The notes: generated by a model from the sequence alone, not told the origin. Numbered from the stretch's first letter, positions 12,537 through 23,355 are shown. The stretch: 64,000 nucleotides of DNA from Candidatus Aldehydirespirator sp. (GCA_965205155.1 OZ242033.1:84688-148687), one strand, 5' to 3'. A program made the numbers and translations.

Positions 12537-13529
12537 TCACCCAAACCCCACTTTCTTGCGGGCCTCCAGCGCGAGCGGGATGATCAACACGAGCCCGAGG
12601 ACGATCAGGCGGTGGGATGCACCGAGACCGTAGAGGGCCATGCCGTTGACCATGGTGCCGATGAGCACCACACCGAGAAACGTGCCCAGGAGATGACCCG
12701 AGCCCCCTGTGAAGCCGACACCCCCGAGCAGAACGGCGGTAATCACGACCAGTTCGGTTCCTCGGGCGGCACCCGGAACACTCGCCCCTACCGTCGACGC
12801 CAGCACCCAGCCGGCGAGGCCCGCCAGACCGCCGCTGATTACCAGGTATTGGGTGCGGAGCCTGTCCACCGGAAGCGCGGCGAACCGGGCCGCGACATCG
12901 TTGCCCCCTACGGCGTAGGTGTACCTGCCGAACGGGGTCCACGCCAGCACATAGTGACCGGCCAGAAAGACGACCCCGGCGAGCACGACCGGAAGGGGCA
13001 CGCCGAGCAGTTCATTCTGAAAGACGTTGAAGACGTCGTCGTCGATGATGGTTGACGCGCCCCCGGCCAGCACAAAGGCCAGGCCCCGAGCCACACTGAG
13101 CATGCCGAGCGTCACAATGAGGGGGTGCACGCGGAAGCGAGTCACGAAGAACCCGTTGCTGTAGCCGACCAGCACACCCGTGGCGACGGCGCCGAGTGCC
13201 GCCAGCGGCGCGGGGAGTCCGAGCCCGAGCAGTTCGCCGGCAACCACACCCGACAGGGCGATGACTGAACCGACCGAGATGTCGATTGCCCCGGAGATCA
13301 GCCCGAAAGTCACGCCGACGGCAACGATGGCCAGGACCGAGTTGGCTCGGCTCGTGTTGAGCAGGTTCCGCAGCGTCCAGAAGTCGGGGAGCAGCAGCGC
13401 GAACACGGACATCTCCACCACGATGCACACCAGCAGGGCGTAGACGCGGCGGGTCGGCCCGGACATTTCCGCCATGACGAGGGATCTGCGACGGACCGCT
13501 CCATTGCCGGCCGTTGCGGGCGCCGTCAC
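12537..13529 (-). CDS. Sugar ABC transporter permease (RbsC family)
   Basis: IDISVGS, TPFGRYTYAVGGN and TAVLLGG; GTG start overlapping the upstream stop. Confidence 0.88.
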   Translation of the reverse strand: MTAPATAGNGAVRRRSLVMAEMSGPTRRVYALLVCIVVEMSVFALLLPDFWTLRNLLNTSRANSVLAIVAVGVTFGLISGAIDISVGSVIALSGVVAGELLGLGLPAPLAALGAVATGVLVGYSNGFFVTRFRVHPLIVTLGMLSVARGLAFVLAGGASTIIDDDVFNVFQNELLGVPLPVVLAGVVFLAGHYVLAWTPFGRYTYAVGGNDVAARFAALPVDRLRTQYLVISGGLAGLAGWVLASTVGASVPGAARGTELVVITAVLLGGVGFTGGSGHLLGTFLGVVLIGTMVNGMALYGLGASHRLIVLGLVLIIPLALEARKKVGFG

Positions 13530-14518
13530 CGGAATCCTCCGGACGGCCGCTGGTTGATGGCCACTGCGACCACGAGGATGGCACCGGAGAAGATGTCGAT
13601 CCATTCAGGCCGGAGCGCGAACTGGACGAAGGCATTGAAGAGGCTCGCCAGCAGGAAGACCGCTATGAGGGTCCCAACAACCGACCCACGACCTCCGGCG
13701 AGGCTGGCACCACCCAGGAATGCGGCCGTGGCGATCAAGATCTCTCTTCCGATGGCTGCCTGAGGATCGATCGCGCCGATCAGGGATGCCAGTATCACGC
13801 CGCCCAGCCCCGCCAGCACGGCCGACAGGACCAGTGCGATCGTCCGGTACCGGTTGACGTTCAGGGCCACATCACGGGCGCCCTCGGGATTCCCGCCGAC
13901 GGCGCGGAGCCTCTGACCGGTGGGAGTGAAGGCAAGGAAGAAGTGGGTGGTGATGACGACCACGATCGAGCACCAGACCGGCACGGGGACCTCCAGGAAG
14001 TCCTCCCGGGCGAAGCGGAACGCATCGCTCACCACTTGAGTGCTGCGCACGCCGCCAACTTCCAGCCCGATGCCCCGCAGGACGAACAAGACGCCCAGCG
14101 TGGCGATTATCGAGTTGATGCCCAGTTTCGTGACAAGAAAGGCGTTGACGGACCCGATGCCGGCGCCCACCAGCACCGCGCCTGCGGCTGCTAGCGGAAG
14201 CGGTATCCCGGCCTGATAGAGCGTGCCGAAGACAACCCCGCTCATCATCATGGTCGCGCCCACTGAAAGGTCGAACACCCTTGTGACGGCTGCGATGGTG
14301 AAGCCTGCTGCGGCAATGAAGGTCGTGGAACTCAGAGCCGCGGTCGACAGGAGGTTGGGCACCGTGCGGAATGTGGGCTTCATGAACCCCAGGACCCCGA
14401 GCAGGACCAGGAGGGTTAGGAACAGCAGGGCGGTCGGCGAGGAAGCCAGCCGTCTCAGGGCGCGTTGTGCGCCGGTGGGAACCGCACCGGTGTCGTGACG
14501 GGAGTCAACGACGATCAT
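13526..14518 (-). CDS. Sugar ABC transporter permease (RbsC family)
   Basis: FDLSVGA, TPTGQRLRAVGGN and AAFLGGASLAGGRG. Confidence 0.88.
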   Translation of the reverse strand: MIVVDSRHDTGAVPTGAQRALRRLASSPTALLFLTLLVLLGVLGFMKPTFRTVPNLLSTAALSSTTFIAAAGFTIAAVTRVFDLSVGATMMMSGVVFGTLYQAGIPLPLAAAGAVLVGAGIGSVNAFLVTKLGINSIIATLGVLFVLRGIGLEVGGVRSTQVVSDAFRFAREDFLEVPVPVWCSIVVVITTHFFLAFTPTGQRLRAVGGNPEGARDVALNVNRYRTIALVLSAVLAGLGGVILASLIGAIDPQAAIGREILIATAAFLGGASLAGGRGSVVGTLIAVFLLASLFNAFVQFALRPEWIDIFSGAILVVAVAINQRPSGGFR

Positions 14519-15351
14519 GATGACCCGGCCCCTGCCGGCGGCTGGTGAGACGACGATGTCGAACCGGCGGGTGGCCCGCCCTCCGCCTCCACTGCCCCGG
14601 AGACGATGACGCGGACGCACTGATCGACCGTGGTGGCATCGGTGTCCAGCACCGCGACTCGGCGGCCACCCTTCAGAACCATCACCCGGTCGGCGACGTC
14701 GAGGACATCCGGTATGCGGTGAGTGATCATGATCACCGAGGCTCCGTGGGCGCGCAGCCCCCTGATCAACTCGAGAACCGTGGCCGCCTCCGCGGGGCCG
14801 AGCGACGCCGACGGCTCGTCCATCACGATGATCTTCGAGGCCGACTCGAAGGCGACGGCGCGGGCGATGGCGACCATCTGGCGCTGACCCCCGGACAGAA
14901 CGCCCACCGGGGCGTCAGGGCTGATGTCAACCCGCAGCCGCTCCAGCAGTTGGGCCGTCCTGCGGCGCATAGCGGCCTTCTTCGTGTAGGGGATCAGCCC
15001 GAGCAGTCGCCCCGACAGCTCCCGGCCGACGAAGACATTGCCGGCAACGTCGAGGTTGTTGAAGAGCGCCAGATCCTGATGGATCATCTCGATGCCGTAG
15101 CTGCGGGCTCTTTGAGCCGAGTCGATCCGGGCGGTGGAACCACCGACGAGAATCTCGCCACCATCCGCTTCGACGATCCCGGCCAGGATCTTGACCAGCG
15201 TCGACTTGCCGGCGCCGTTGTCACCGACGAGCCCGAGAATCTCGCCGCGGCGAAGCTCGAGATCGGCATCCTTCACTGCCTCGACCCGGCCGAATCGCTT
15301 TGTGATGGCGCGCATCCGCACTATCACGTCTGGACAATCCGACTCTCGCAT
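14515..15351 (-). CDS. Sugar ABC transporter ATP-binding protein (single domain)
   Basis: Walker A GDNGAGKS, signature LSGGQRQ, Walker B IVMDEP. Confidence 0.92.
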   Translation of the reverse strand: MRESDCPDVIVRMRAITKRFGRVEAVKDADLELRRGEILGLVGDNGAGKSTLVKILAGIVEADGGEILVGGSTARIDSAQRARSYGIEMIHQDLALFNNLDVAGNVFVGRELSGRLLGLIPYTKKAAMRRRTAQLLERLRVDISPDAPVGVLSGGQRQMVAIARAVAFESASKIIVMDEPSASLGPAEAATVLELIRGLRAHGASVIMITHRIPDVLDVADRVMVLKGGRRVAVLDTDATTVDQCVRVIVSGAVEAEGGPPAGSTSSSHQPPAGAGSS

Positions 15352-15448
15352 GCTATGCAGAATATGTCCTATAAAATCCGAGGGCCTCACGAATGGGGGG
15401 TTTCTCACCCTCATCGTGACGACCCCCGGAGAACAATTTGGGGGAAAC

Positions 15449-16570
15449 ATGCGAAAGATACTCGGATTGCTGATGGTGCTGGCTCTGATCGCCGCAGCAT
15501 GCGGTGACGATGAGGACGCTGCACCGGCGCCGGAGCCCGAAGCGCCGGCACCCGCCGAGCCAGAGCCCGAGCCCGAGCCCGAAGCTCCCGAACCAGAGCC
15601 CGAGCCCGAGCCCGAAGCTCCCGAACCAGAGCCCGAGCCCGAGCCCGAAGCTCCCGAACCAGAGCCCGAGCCCGAGGCTTCGTATGTGATCGGGTTCGCT
15701 CAGTTGCTCAGTTCCGGCTGTGACTTCTGCGCCGACGTCGAGAACGGCATGCGAGAGGAATTGGAGGCTGCCGGGCACGAGCTCTATGTGCTCGACAACG
15801 AGTTCGATGTGGATATCAGTGTGGCCAACGCGGACCTGATGGTCACAAAGGGCGTCGACGTCTACATCTTCTTCGGACCGGGAGCTGCGTATCCGGTCGT
15901 TCTCCAGAAGATGAGGAACGCGGACCCGCCGATCCCGACCATCTTCATGGACGGCTTGGCACCCGAGGGGGACGACGTGTGGCAGTTCGGCGCCGACAGC
16001 CCCACCGCGGGCCGGGCAGCCGGCGAATGGATCGCCGACTACGTGACCACCAACTGGGACGGAGAGATCGACGGCATCGTCAGCACGTTCACGTCCGACT
16101 GGGACGACTACTCGCTGGGCCGGGTCACCGAAGCGATGACGCTGATCGGCGAAGTCGACTCCCGCTGGAACATGGACAACATCACGCTCGTGGACGTGAA
16201 GCTCGAAGCTGAGGAGGCGCAGCTGGCCTTCACCGCCTTCCTGAACGCGAATCCCGATGCCGGCAAGCTCCTCATCTACACCCCGACGAGCGATGTGCAG
16301 GCTCTCGCCGCGGTGGCTGCGCTCGAGTCGACCGGAAGGGTGGGCGACGCCATCGTCGTGAGCCACGGCGCCGACGTCCAGGTTCGCCCTGAACTGCGCG
16401 ACTGCGACAGTCCGATCAAGGCGTCGGTGGGCTACTTCCCCGACAGGTACGGCGAGTTCCTCCTGCCGATGATCACCGACATCCTCGCCGGCAATGCGGT
16501 GGAGAAGTTCGTGAAGGTCCAGCACGAGGCCGTCACCTGCGAGAACGTCTCGACGTTCTACCCCGAATAG
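15449..16570 (+). CDS. Sugar ABC substrate-binding lipoprotein with Pro/Glu-rich linker
   Basis: Lipobox IAAAC, PE repeat, then a periplasmic-binding-protein type I domain ([11 protein letters not shown]). Confidence 0.88.
   Translation: MRKILGLLMVLALIAAACGDDEDAAPAPEPEAPAPAEPEPEPEPEAPEPEPEPEPEAPEPEPEPEPEAPEPEPEPEASYVIGFAQLLSSGCDFCADVENGMREELEAAGHELYVLDNEFDVDISVANADLMVTKGVDVYIFFGPGAAYPVVLQKMRNADPPIPTIFMDGLAPEGDDVWQFGADSPTAGRAAGEWIADYVTTNWDGEIDGIVSTFTSDWDDYSLGRVTEAMTLIGEVDSRWNMDNITLVDVKLEAEEAQLAFTAFLNANPDAGKLLIYTPTSDVQALAAVAALESTGRVGDAIVVSHGADVQVRPELRDCDSPIKASVGYFPDRYGEFLLPMITDILAGNAVEKFVKVQHEAVTCENVSTFYPE
15560..15676 (+). repeat. 33-bp tandem repeat x3.5 encoding [11 protein letters not shown]
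   Basis: ccagagcccgagcccgagcccgaagctcccgaa, identical copies at 15560, 15593 and 15626. Confidence 0.92.
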
Positions 16571-16590
16571 GTCCGTCGTCTCAGACGGAC
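16571..16590 (+). terminator. Stem-loop between convergent genes
   Basis: GTCCGTC-GTCTCA-GACGGAC immediately after the SBP stop; no U-tract. Confidence 0.45.
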
Positions 16591-16619
16591 TGCCCCGCTG
16601 GGCTTTGGCCGGACCGGCC

Positions 16620-18125
16620 TCAGCCACCGGCCAGAGCCTCGTCGAGGCCAGAGCTAATGAAGGCGCGTCGCACCTCTAGGTAGAGGTCGGCCCGGTCCCG
16701 GAGAACCTCGGTGGCCGCCGGTGACGGCGCCCGGAGCGATCCGGCGCCGGCGACCGCTCTCGCGGCGGCAAGCACATCCGGATACGACCCGACACGGGCC
16801 AGGGCGTAGGCCGCTGCACCCCGCAGGCCGGGGTCGGGTTCATCGGGCACAACGATCTCGGTACCGACCACATCCGCGATGAGCTGCGTCCAGCCCGCCG
16901 AGCGCGATCCGCCGCCCGTGACTCTGAGGCCGGCCGGGTCGAAGCCGAAGGCCCGGAGCGCTTCGATCATCCACAGGCACTCGAACGCGACGCCCTCGAG
17001 CATGGCCCGCACCAGGTCGGCTTCGGTATGGCCGAATCCGAGACCGACGAACGCGCCCCGGGCCGCTGGGGACCAGTACGGTGCCCCCGCCCCGGCCAGG
17101 GCCGGGACGAACAGCGCGCCCCGCGCTCCCGGCTCGGACCGGGCCACGAGGGCGTCGAGCCGATCGAGCACCGGTCGACCCGTCAGCGAGCCATACCAGT
17201 CGAGAACGCTCGCTCCGGCCATCCCCAGCGCGAGCATCCGATGGCGTGTCGACGTCGACCCCGGAGCGATCATGAGGCTCTGCGAGCGGTCCTCCACCGG
17301 TTGCTCGATGGGGCCGGCCACCGACACGGCGGTGCCGAGGTAGCAATTGAGCCGGCCCGGCTCGATCACGCCGCAGCCGATCTCGGCGCTGGGGCCATCG
17401 GAGGCAGCCAGAACGACCGGCGCTCGCCGCGAGACGCCGGTCGCGCCGGCGGCCGCGGCCGAGACCAGCCCGACCTCGGCTCCAGGTGGAACCGTGACCG
17501 GAAGCAGGTCACCCGGGATGCCGAACAACTCCACGAGCGCCGGATCCCAGCTACGGGTGGCGATGTCGAACAGCCCCGAGTAGGCCGCCATCGACCATTC
17601 GGCCAGCCACCCGCCGGCGCCGAGCCGCCGGGCCACCCAGGCCTGGGGGGTCACGATGCGGTCCGCGGCCGCGATGTCGTCGCTTCGGTGCTCGATCAGC
17701 CACAGCAGCCTGGGGAGCCACAACGACGCGTCCATGCGCACGCCCGTTGTGCGATGGAACGACGCGGCATCCACGAGCGCGGCGGCCTCATCGGCGTGGC
17801 GGACCGCTCGCCGGTCCTGCCAGGTGATGAAGTCGGCCAGCAGCCGGCCGGCACCGTCACCGAGTGCGAACGAGCCGCGGGCACCGGTCACGGCCACGGC
17901 CGCGATCTCGGGCCGGCCGGCCGCGGCCACTGCCTGGCGGCAGGCGTCGATCGTCGCCTGCCAGATCAGCGCTCCCGACTGTTCGCTCCACACCGCCGCC
18001 GGGTCCGGGGCACCGGCCGAGGCCGTCCCGTAGCCCCTTCGACGCCCGTTGCCGTCGAAGATCCCGGTCTTCACCGCGCTGGTGCCGACATCGATGGCGG
18101 CCACAAGCTTCGAGGCCCCGCTCAT
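16620..18125 (-). CDS. FGGY family carbohydrate kinase
   Basis: IDVGTSAVK, ITWQDRR, ASDGPSA, YLGT, GGGSRS. Confidence 0.9.
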   Translation of the reverse strand: MSGASKLVAAIDVGTSAVKTGIFDGNGRRRGYGTASAGAPDPAAVWSEQSGALIWQATIDACRQAVAAAGRPEIAAVAVTGARGSFALGDGAGRLLADFITWQDRRAVRHADEAAALVDAASFHRTTGVRMDASLWLPRLLWLIEHRSDDIAAADRIVTPQAWVARRLGAGGWLAEWSMAAYSGLFDIATRSWDPALVELFGIPGDLLPVTVPPGAEVGLVSAAAAGATGVSRRAPVVLAASDGPSAEIGCGVIEPGRLNCYLGTAVSVAGPIEQPVEDRSQSLMIAPGSTSTRHRMLALGMAGASVLDWYGSLTGRPVLDRLDALVARSEPGARGALFVPALAGAGAPYWSPAARGAFVGLGFGHTEADLVRAMLEGVAFECLWMIEALRAFGFDPAGLRVTGGGSRSAGWTQLIADVVGTEIVVPDEPDPGLRGAAAYALARVGSYPDVLAAARAVAGAGSLRAPSPAATEVLRDRADLYLEVRRAFISSGLDEALAGG

Positions 18126-18294
18126 GCCCGTCCCCGGTCCATCTCCTGGGGGTTCTGCGCCCGTTCTTCGCCCGTTCCTCCGTTGGCTGGGGCCGGGGCA
18201 GCGCGTCTATAGTCCGCTTCGGTGATTCCGCCAGACTACGGCGTCTCTCGCAAGCGCTCGATGCGGCGGCACCCGCCGACCACAGGAGGACGAA

Positions 18295-18969
18295 GTGGGC
18301 CTATCGCCTGAGCACCGCGCCGGCATCGACGCCATCCAGACCGCGTCGCGCGACCTGGTGAAGATGGACCTGCTGGAGCTTCACGGAGGCAACATCAGCG
18401 TGCGGGCCGACGACGGGCACATGCTGATCACCAAGCACCACGTCAACAAGTCGGTGCCCAGCCCCGACGACATCGTCCGCACCAAGATCGAAGAGGACGA
18501 CGAGTTCACCAACATGGCCTCCAGCGCGTGGCTGGTGCACCGCGAGATCTACCGGCGCAGCGACGCCCAGGCCATCATCCACGCCCACGGGCAGCTCACG
18601 GTGACGTTGTCCTTCTTCTACGACGAGGTCGAGCCGATAGACGAGAACGGCATCATGATCCTGGGCCGGACCGTGCCGGTGGTGGCCGCGCCCAAGCTGA
18701 TCGGCTGGAACCTGGCCGCCGAGCCGATAGGCGACGCCCTGGCCGGCAACAAGGTCGTGATCGAGAAATGGCACGGCACGTTCGCCAAGGGCGTCGATCT
18801 CGTGGACGCCCTCCACAAGACCCGCAGCATGGAGTTCTCCGCCGGACAGATCATCCGGGTGGCGCAACTGCGCGACGTGATGCCCAACGAGCCGACCTTC
18901 CCTCCCACCGAGGTCGCCGAGTATCTCGGGGGCGTCTACCGTCCCGGCATCCGCCGCAACATCCTGTGA
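18295..18969 (+). CDS. Class II aldolase/adducin family protein
   Basis: GGNISVR, IIHAH and WHG; AGGAGG RBS. Confidence 0.8.
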   Translation: MGLSPEHRAGIDAIQTASRDLVKMDLLELHGGNISVRADDGHMLITKHHVNKSVPSPDDIVRTKIEEDDEFTNMASSAWLVHREIYRRSDAQAIIHAHGQLTVTLSFFYDEVEPIDENGIMILGRTVPVVAAPKLIGWNLAAEPIGDALAGNKVVIEKWHGTFAKGVDLVDALHKTRSMEFSAGQIIRVAQLRDVMPNEPTFPPTEVAEYLGGVYRPGIRRNIL

Positions 18970-18979
18970 GGGCAAGCCG

Positions 18980-19849
18980 ATGATCAAGCTCGCCACGGCC
19001 GACTACGCCTGGCCGCTCCTGCCCCACGAGGCGGTGTTGGGCCTCGCCAAGGCGCTGGAGTTCGAGGCGGTCGACCTGGGTCTCTTCGGCAATCGCTCGC
19101 ATCTGCGTCCGGAGATGGTCAGGGAGGACGTGGCGATGTGGGCAGGCCGGATCAGCGAGCGTCTCGATCAGATCGGCCTCGGTGTCGCCGACGTCTTCTT
19201 CATCCCGTGGACCGACCCGGAGCGGTGGGCGACCAACCATCCCGACGATGCCGAGCGGGCCGAGGGCAGGGTGCGATTCTCCGAGATACTGGAATTCGCC
19301 CGCCGGATCAATGCACCCGGGATGACCATGGGCACCGGGCCGTTGTTCGGGGACGAGTCGACATCCGATTCCCTCCGTCGCTCCGCCGATGAACTCAGCT
19401 GGCGGATAGAGGCCGCGGGCCGGCATGGGATCGAGGTCCGGATCGAGGGCGGCGTCGGCGGCAACGCCGACACCCCGGCGAAGGTGCTGGACCTGGTCGA
19501 CCTGACCCCGGGCCTGAAGCTGACCGTGGACTACTGCCACTTCGTGTACCAGGGGTTCTCCGAGGAGGAGATCGACCCGCTCCTGGAGCACATCGGCCAC
19601 TTCCAGTGCCGCGGCGCCGCACCGGGGCGGATGCAGGTGAACTTCAACGAGAACGAGATCGACTACGGCCGCATCGTGGATCTTCTCGTGGCCCAGGGGT
19701 ACGACGCGTTCTTCTCCATCGAGTACGTGTGGATGAACCTCTGGGACTGCGACAAGTCGGAGAACACGATGGAGACCATCCAGTTCCGCGACTTCGTGCG
19801 GGCCCGGCTGGAGGGCCGCGAGTACACACCGCTCGAGAAGAGCATCTAG
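18980..19849 (+). CDS. Sugar phosphate isomerase/epimerase (TIM barrel)
   Basis: RIEG, VDYCH, HFQ, SIEY; collinear paralog of 3836-4690. Confidence 0.8.
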   Translation: MIKLATADYAWPLLPHEAVLGLAKALEFEAVDLGLFGNRSHLRPEMVREDVAMWAGRISERLDQIGLGVADVFFIPWTDPERWATNHPDDAERAEGRVRFSEILEFARRINAPGMTMGTGPLFGDESTSDSLRRSADELSWRIEAAGRHGIEVRIEGGVGGNADTPAKVLDLVDLTPGLKLTVDYCHFVYQGFSEEEIDPLLEHIGHFQCRGAAPGRMQVNFNENEIDYGRIVDLLVAQGYDAFFSIEYVWMNLWDCDKSENTMETIQFRDFVRARLEGREYTPLEKSI

Positions 19850-19886
19850 CCCTGGCGCCGCCCCCGCCGCATTCGTCGATGCCCGG

Positions 19887-20798
19887 CTAGGCGGGCTGGT
19901 ACGGGACCGGCTCGCCGTCTCGCAGTACCGGGGTCCACTGGATCCTGAAGAACTCGCGGATGGCGGTGGAGTAGCGGTCCATGAGCTCGTCCCGCTCGGC
20001 CTCGGACACCCCCTTGATGGAGGACACCCAGGTGTTGGCCAGCTCGTCGGGCTTGTCGAGCGGCGGCTCCTTGACGCCGGGCGCCGAGAAGTGGCACACC
20101 ACGGCCACTCTCGGGCCGTCGCTGGTGTTGTCGGTGGACTTGTGCATGATGCTGGAGTGGAACAGCAGCAGGTCGCCGGCGTCGAGCAGGGCGACGACCT
20201 CGTTGCTGGTGTCGCGCTCGGTGATCTCGACGTAGCCACCCCGGGCCTCCGGCCTGCGGTCGGGCTCGACGTTGTGGATCGGGTCCTTGTGGGATCCGGG
20301 CACCACCCAGAGCGGCCCGTTCTCGGGGGTGGCGTCGGTGATCGCCAGCCAGGCCGCCACCTGACCGCTGGGCTCGAGGCGGTGGTACCAGGTGTCCTGG
20401 TGCCAGGGCTGGCCGGCCGCGCCCCGGTTCTTGAAGATGAACTGCGAGTCGTAGCAGCTCACGTCGGGACCGATCAGCTGGCTCAGGTACGACACCAGCT
20501 TGCGGGAGGTGATGAACGAGCCGACTTGCGGATCCCAGAAGTGGAGCCAGAAGATCTTGCCCACCAGCTCCTCGGGCCGCTTCGAGTCCGGGTGCGGCCG
20601 CGGCTCCCTGGACACCTTGGCCTTGCCTATGTCCCCGCCGGCTGCGTCGGCCCGAGCGAGTTCCACCGCCCGGTCGTGCAGCGCCCGGCAGTCGGCCGGG
20701 TCGGCGAATCCCCGGATGATCAGGTAGCCGTTGGCCTCCCAGTCGGCGAGCTGCTCATCGGTGAGCGAATCGGTCCTGTCCATCAACGATGTGGCCAT
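19887..20798 (-). CDS. Phytanoyl-CoA dioxygenase (PhyH) family Fe(II)/2OG dioxygenase
   Basis: PWHQD, ENGPLWVVPGSH and MHKS...N...R facial triad pattern. Confidence 0.88.
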   Translation of the reverse strand: MATSLMDRTDSLTDEQLADWEANGYLIIRGFADPADCRALHDRAVELARADAAGGDIGKAKVSREPRPHPDSKRPEELVGKIFWLHFWDPQVGSFITSRKLVSYLSQLIGPDVSCYDSQFIFKNRGAAGQPWHQDTWYHRLEPSGQVAAWLAITDATPENGPLWVVPGSHKDPIHNVEPDRRPEARGGYVEITERDTSNEVVALLDAGDLLLFHSSIMHKSTDNTSDGPRVAVVCHFSAPGVKEPPLDKPDELANTWVSSIKGVSEAERDELMDRYSTAIREFFRIQWTPVLRDGEPVPYQPA

Positions 20799-20857
20799 CT
20801 CGATGTCCTCCCCCTAGTGGTTCCGATGCTAGCCGCCGGGCCGCGGGCAGGCTTGTC

Positions 20858-20906
20858 TCCCGCTCCTGTTCGCTGCGCTCACGGGCCGCTCGGGCCACGG
20901 CCTCGC
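20858..20906. repeat. Dispersed 49-bp intergenic element, copy 1
   Basis: Matches 35771-35819 with 2 mismatches. Confidence 0.85.
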
Positions 20907-20948
20907 CCGCACGGGAGGACTCGCTCGCCTGTTCGCTCGGCCTCCGGG

Positions 20949-22157
20949 TCACCGGCCCTCGTGGCCCTGGTACCAGGCGTTGCCGGCCAGGTCGGCCTCG
21001 GGAACCAGTACCGAGCCCCGCATGATCTCCCGGGCGGTCCGGTCGACTCTCACCGCAGGGAACCGCCAGCTGCCGTCGGAGACCTGCTCGGCGGTGACGC
21101 CGACCTCGATCACGCCCGCGGGATGGCCGATCCGGAGCGTCCGATCGGGCTGGGCGCCGCCGGTGACCGCGCCGGCCACGACCGTGCCGGGCAGGGCTGC
21201 GGCCCCGGCCAGGGCCATGGCGCCGGTGAGCGCCACGGTGCGGTGGGTCCGGCGCATCGAGATGAGCCGTACCGCGACGTCGATGCTGTCCGCGGTCACC
21301 GCCTGACCGCTGCTGGCCCCGTAGGGAGCGGCTGGACCCACCATGGCCACCTTCGGGATGGTGGGCTGGTGGGCGGCCTCGTCCAGCGACGGGGCCAGCC
21401 CGATGCGCACCGCGGCCTCGCAGCGCATGTGCTCGAGCCGGGCCTGCAGGTCCCGGTTCGAGTCGAGCACCCCGGCGGGCGCGGTGGCGGTTGCGCCCAT
21501 CTCGTCGGCCCGCACGAACACGGCCGGGTTGGCCAGGTCGACGATGGACGCGGTCACCGACCGGCCGTCGCCGGTGCCGATCTGCTCGCACGGCGCCCCG
21601 GTCGGCAGCGGGCCCAGCCCGATCGAGCCGCCGGCGTCGATGTAGGTGAGGGCGATGCGCGACGCCGTTCCGGGGACACCCTGGATGGCGAAATCGCCGG
21701 CCGGCTCGTAGCGGCCCTGCCGGGTGGGCACCCGGGCCCGGCAGAGTTGGCCGGTGTTGGCGCTGAGCACCGTCACCTCGGTCGTGCCGTCGGCCGCGCC
21801 GCCGGCCGGCTCGACCAGGCCGCGGTCGACCGCGAAGGGACCGATGGCGGCCGAGATGTTGCCGCAGTTGCCGGTGAAGTCCACCAGGGGGGCGGACACC
21901 TCCACCTGCGCGAACCGGTAGGCGATGTCGGCCGGCGAGCCCGGGGGCGGGGCGCCCACGATGGCGGCCTTGCTCAGCGAGGACGATCCCCCGCCGAGGC
22001 CGTCGATCTGCCGGCCGTCGGGGTCGGGGCTGCCGAGGGCGGCCAGGATGATGGCGTCGACCTGCCCGGCGTCGTAGCCGGCGAGGTCGTCGGAGGTGAA
22101 CAGCACCGCCCGGCTGGTTCCGCCCCGCCAGAACGACGCCGGAACGGGCCGGTCCAT
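20949..22157 (-). CDS. prpF: PrpF/AcnD-accessory family isomerase
   Basis: WRGGTSRA, IDGLGGGSSSLSK, GNCGNISAA, GHPAG and RTAREIMRG. Confidence 0.85.
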   Translation of the reverse strand: MDRPVPASFWRGGTSRAVLFTSDDLAGYDAGQVDAIILAALGSPDPDGRQIDGLGGGSSSLSKAAIVGAPPPGSPADIAYRFAQVEVSAPLVDFTGNCGNISAAIGPFAVDRGLVEPAGGAADGTTEVTVLSANTGQLCRARVPTRQGRYEPAGDFAIQGVPGTASRIALTYIDAGGSIGLGPLPTGAPCEQIGTGDGRSVTASIVDLANPAVFVRADEMGATATAPAGVLDSNRDLQARLEHMRCEAAVRIGLAPSLDEAAHQPTIPKVAMVGPAAPYGASSGQAVTADSIDVAVRLISMRRTHRTVALTGAMALAGAAALPGTVVAGAVTGGAQPDRTLRIGHPAGVIEVGVTAEQVSDGSWRFPAVRVDRTAREIMRGSVLVPEADLAGNAWYQGHEGR

Positions 22158-22169
22158 CGGCGTGCCGGG

Positions 22170-23300
22170 TCAGCCCGGCGGGTACGGCCGGGCGGTCTCG
22201 CCCTCGTAGAGGGCTCGGGGCCGTATCAGGCGGTTGTCGGCGTACTGCTCGAGGAGGTGCGCGCTCCAGCCCGCGATCCGGCTGGCCGCGATGAAGCTGG
22301 TGAACATGTTGAGCGGGAAGCCGAGGTGGTACAGCACCAGGGCCGAGTAGTAGTCGACGTTGGCGCTGAGGCCCTTGCGCTCGAGAAGCTCCCGCTCGAG
22401 GCCGGTGGCCACCGCGTGCCAGTGGGGCTCGCCGGCAGCCTCGCCGAGCTCGCCGCCCAGGCGGTCCATGGCCGCGCACCGCGGGTCGCGGGTCCGGTAC
22501 ACGCGGTGGCCGAATCCGGGCACCTTGCGCCTCACCGCCAGGGCCGCGTCCACGAAGCCGGCCACGTTCTCGGGCGCCCCGATCTCGCGGAAGGCGCCCA
22601 TGGCGTCGTCGACCGCGCCGCCGTGCAGGGCCCCTTTCAGCGCCCCGGCGGCGGAGGTGATGGCCGAGTAGTAGTCCGACAGCGTGCCCACGGTGGTGCG
22701 GGCCGTGAACGTCGAGGCGTTCAGCTCGTGTTCGGCGTAGGTGTTGAGAACCGCGTTCAGGGCCGCGGCCGCACTCTCCGAGGGGGGCCCGCCGGTGAGC
22801 ATGTGCATGAAGTTGGCGGCGTGGCCCAAGCCCGGGTCCGGCGCCACCGGATCGTCGCCCCGCACCAGCCGCGACATGGCGGCCACCACCGTCGGGAGCT
22901 TGGCCACCAACCCGGTGGCCTTGCTGAGGACGGACTCGGCCGAGATGTCGTCGGCACCGGGGTCCTCGACCCCCAGCATCGACACCGCAGTGCGCAGTAC
23001 GGCCATGGGGTTGGCGGTGGCGATCGGCGCGCCGGCGAGGAACGCCCCGACCGTCTCGGGCAGGGCCCGCTGGGCCGCCACCTCGGCCGCGAAGGCTTCG
23101 CTCTGGGCCGCGTCGGGCCAGTCGCCGTGCCACAACAGCCAGACGACGTCCAGGAATTCGGCGTCCTCGACGAAATCGCCGATGGCGTAGCCCCGGTACA
23201 GCAGCGTGCCGGCCGGTCCGTCGATGAAGCAGACCGACGAACCGCAGGCCAGCACGCCCTCCAGGCCGGAGATGACCTTGGCTTCGGGTGGTGTGCTCAT
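22170..23300 (-). CDS. Citrate synthase family protein (citrate/2-methylcitrate synthase-like)
   Basis: GLEGV, LLYRGY, AEHELNASTF, LHGGA, PGFGHRVY, DPR, NVDYY, LIRP. Confidence 0.88.
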   Translation of the reverse strand: MSTPPEAKVISGLEGVLACGSSVCFIDGPAGTLLYRGYAIGDFVEDAEFLDVVWLLWHGDWPDAAQSEAFAAEVAAQRALPETVGAFLAGAPIATANPMAVLRTAVSMLGVEDPGADDISAESVLSKATGLVAKLPTVVAAMSRLVRGDDPVAPDPGLGHAANFMHMLTGGPPSESAAAALNAVLNTYAEHELNASTFTARTTVGTLSDYYSAITSAAGALKGALHGGAVDDAMGAFREIGAPENVAGFVDAALAVRRKVPGFGHRVYRTRDPRCAAMDRLGGELGEAAGEPHWHAVATGLERELLERKGLSANVDYYSALVLYHLGFPLNMFTSFIAASRIAGWSAHLLEQYADNRLIRPRALYEGETARPYPPG

Positions 23301-23355
23301 GGCTGGACGCTCCTTGACGGCTGGGGGATTGTTCCCACCTTGACGGGGTGGCGGG

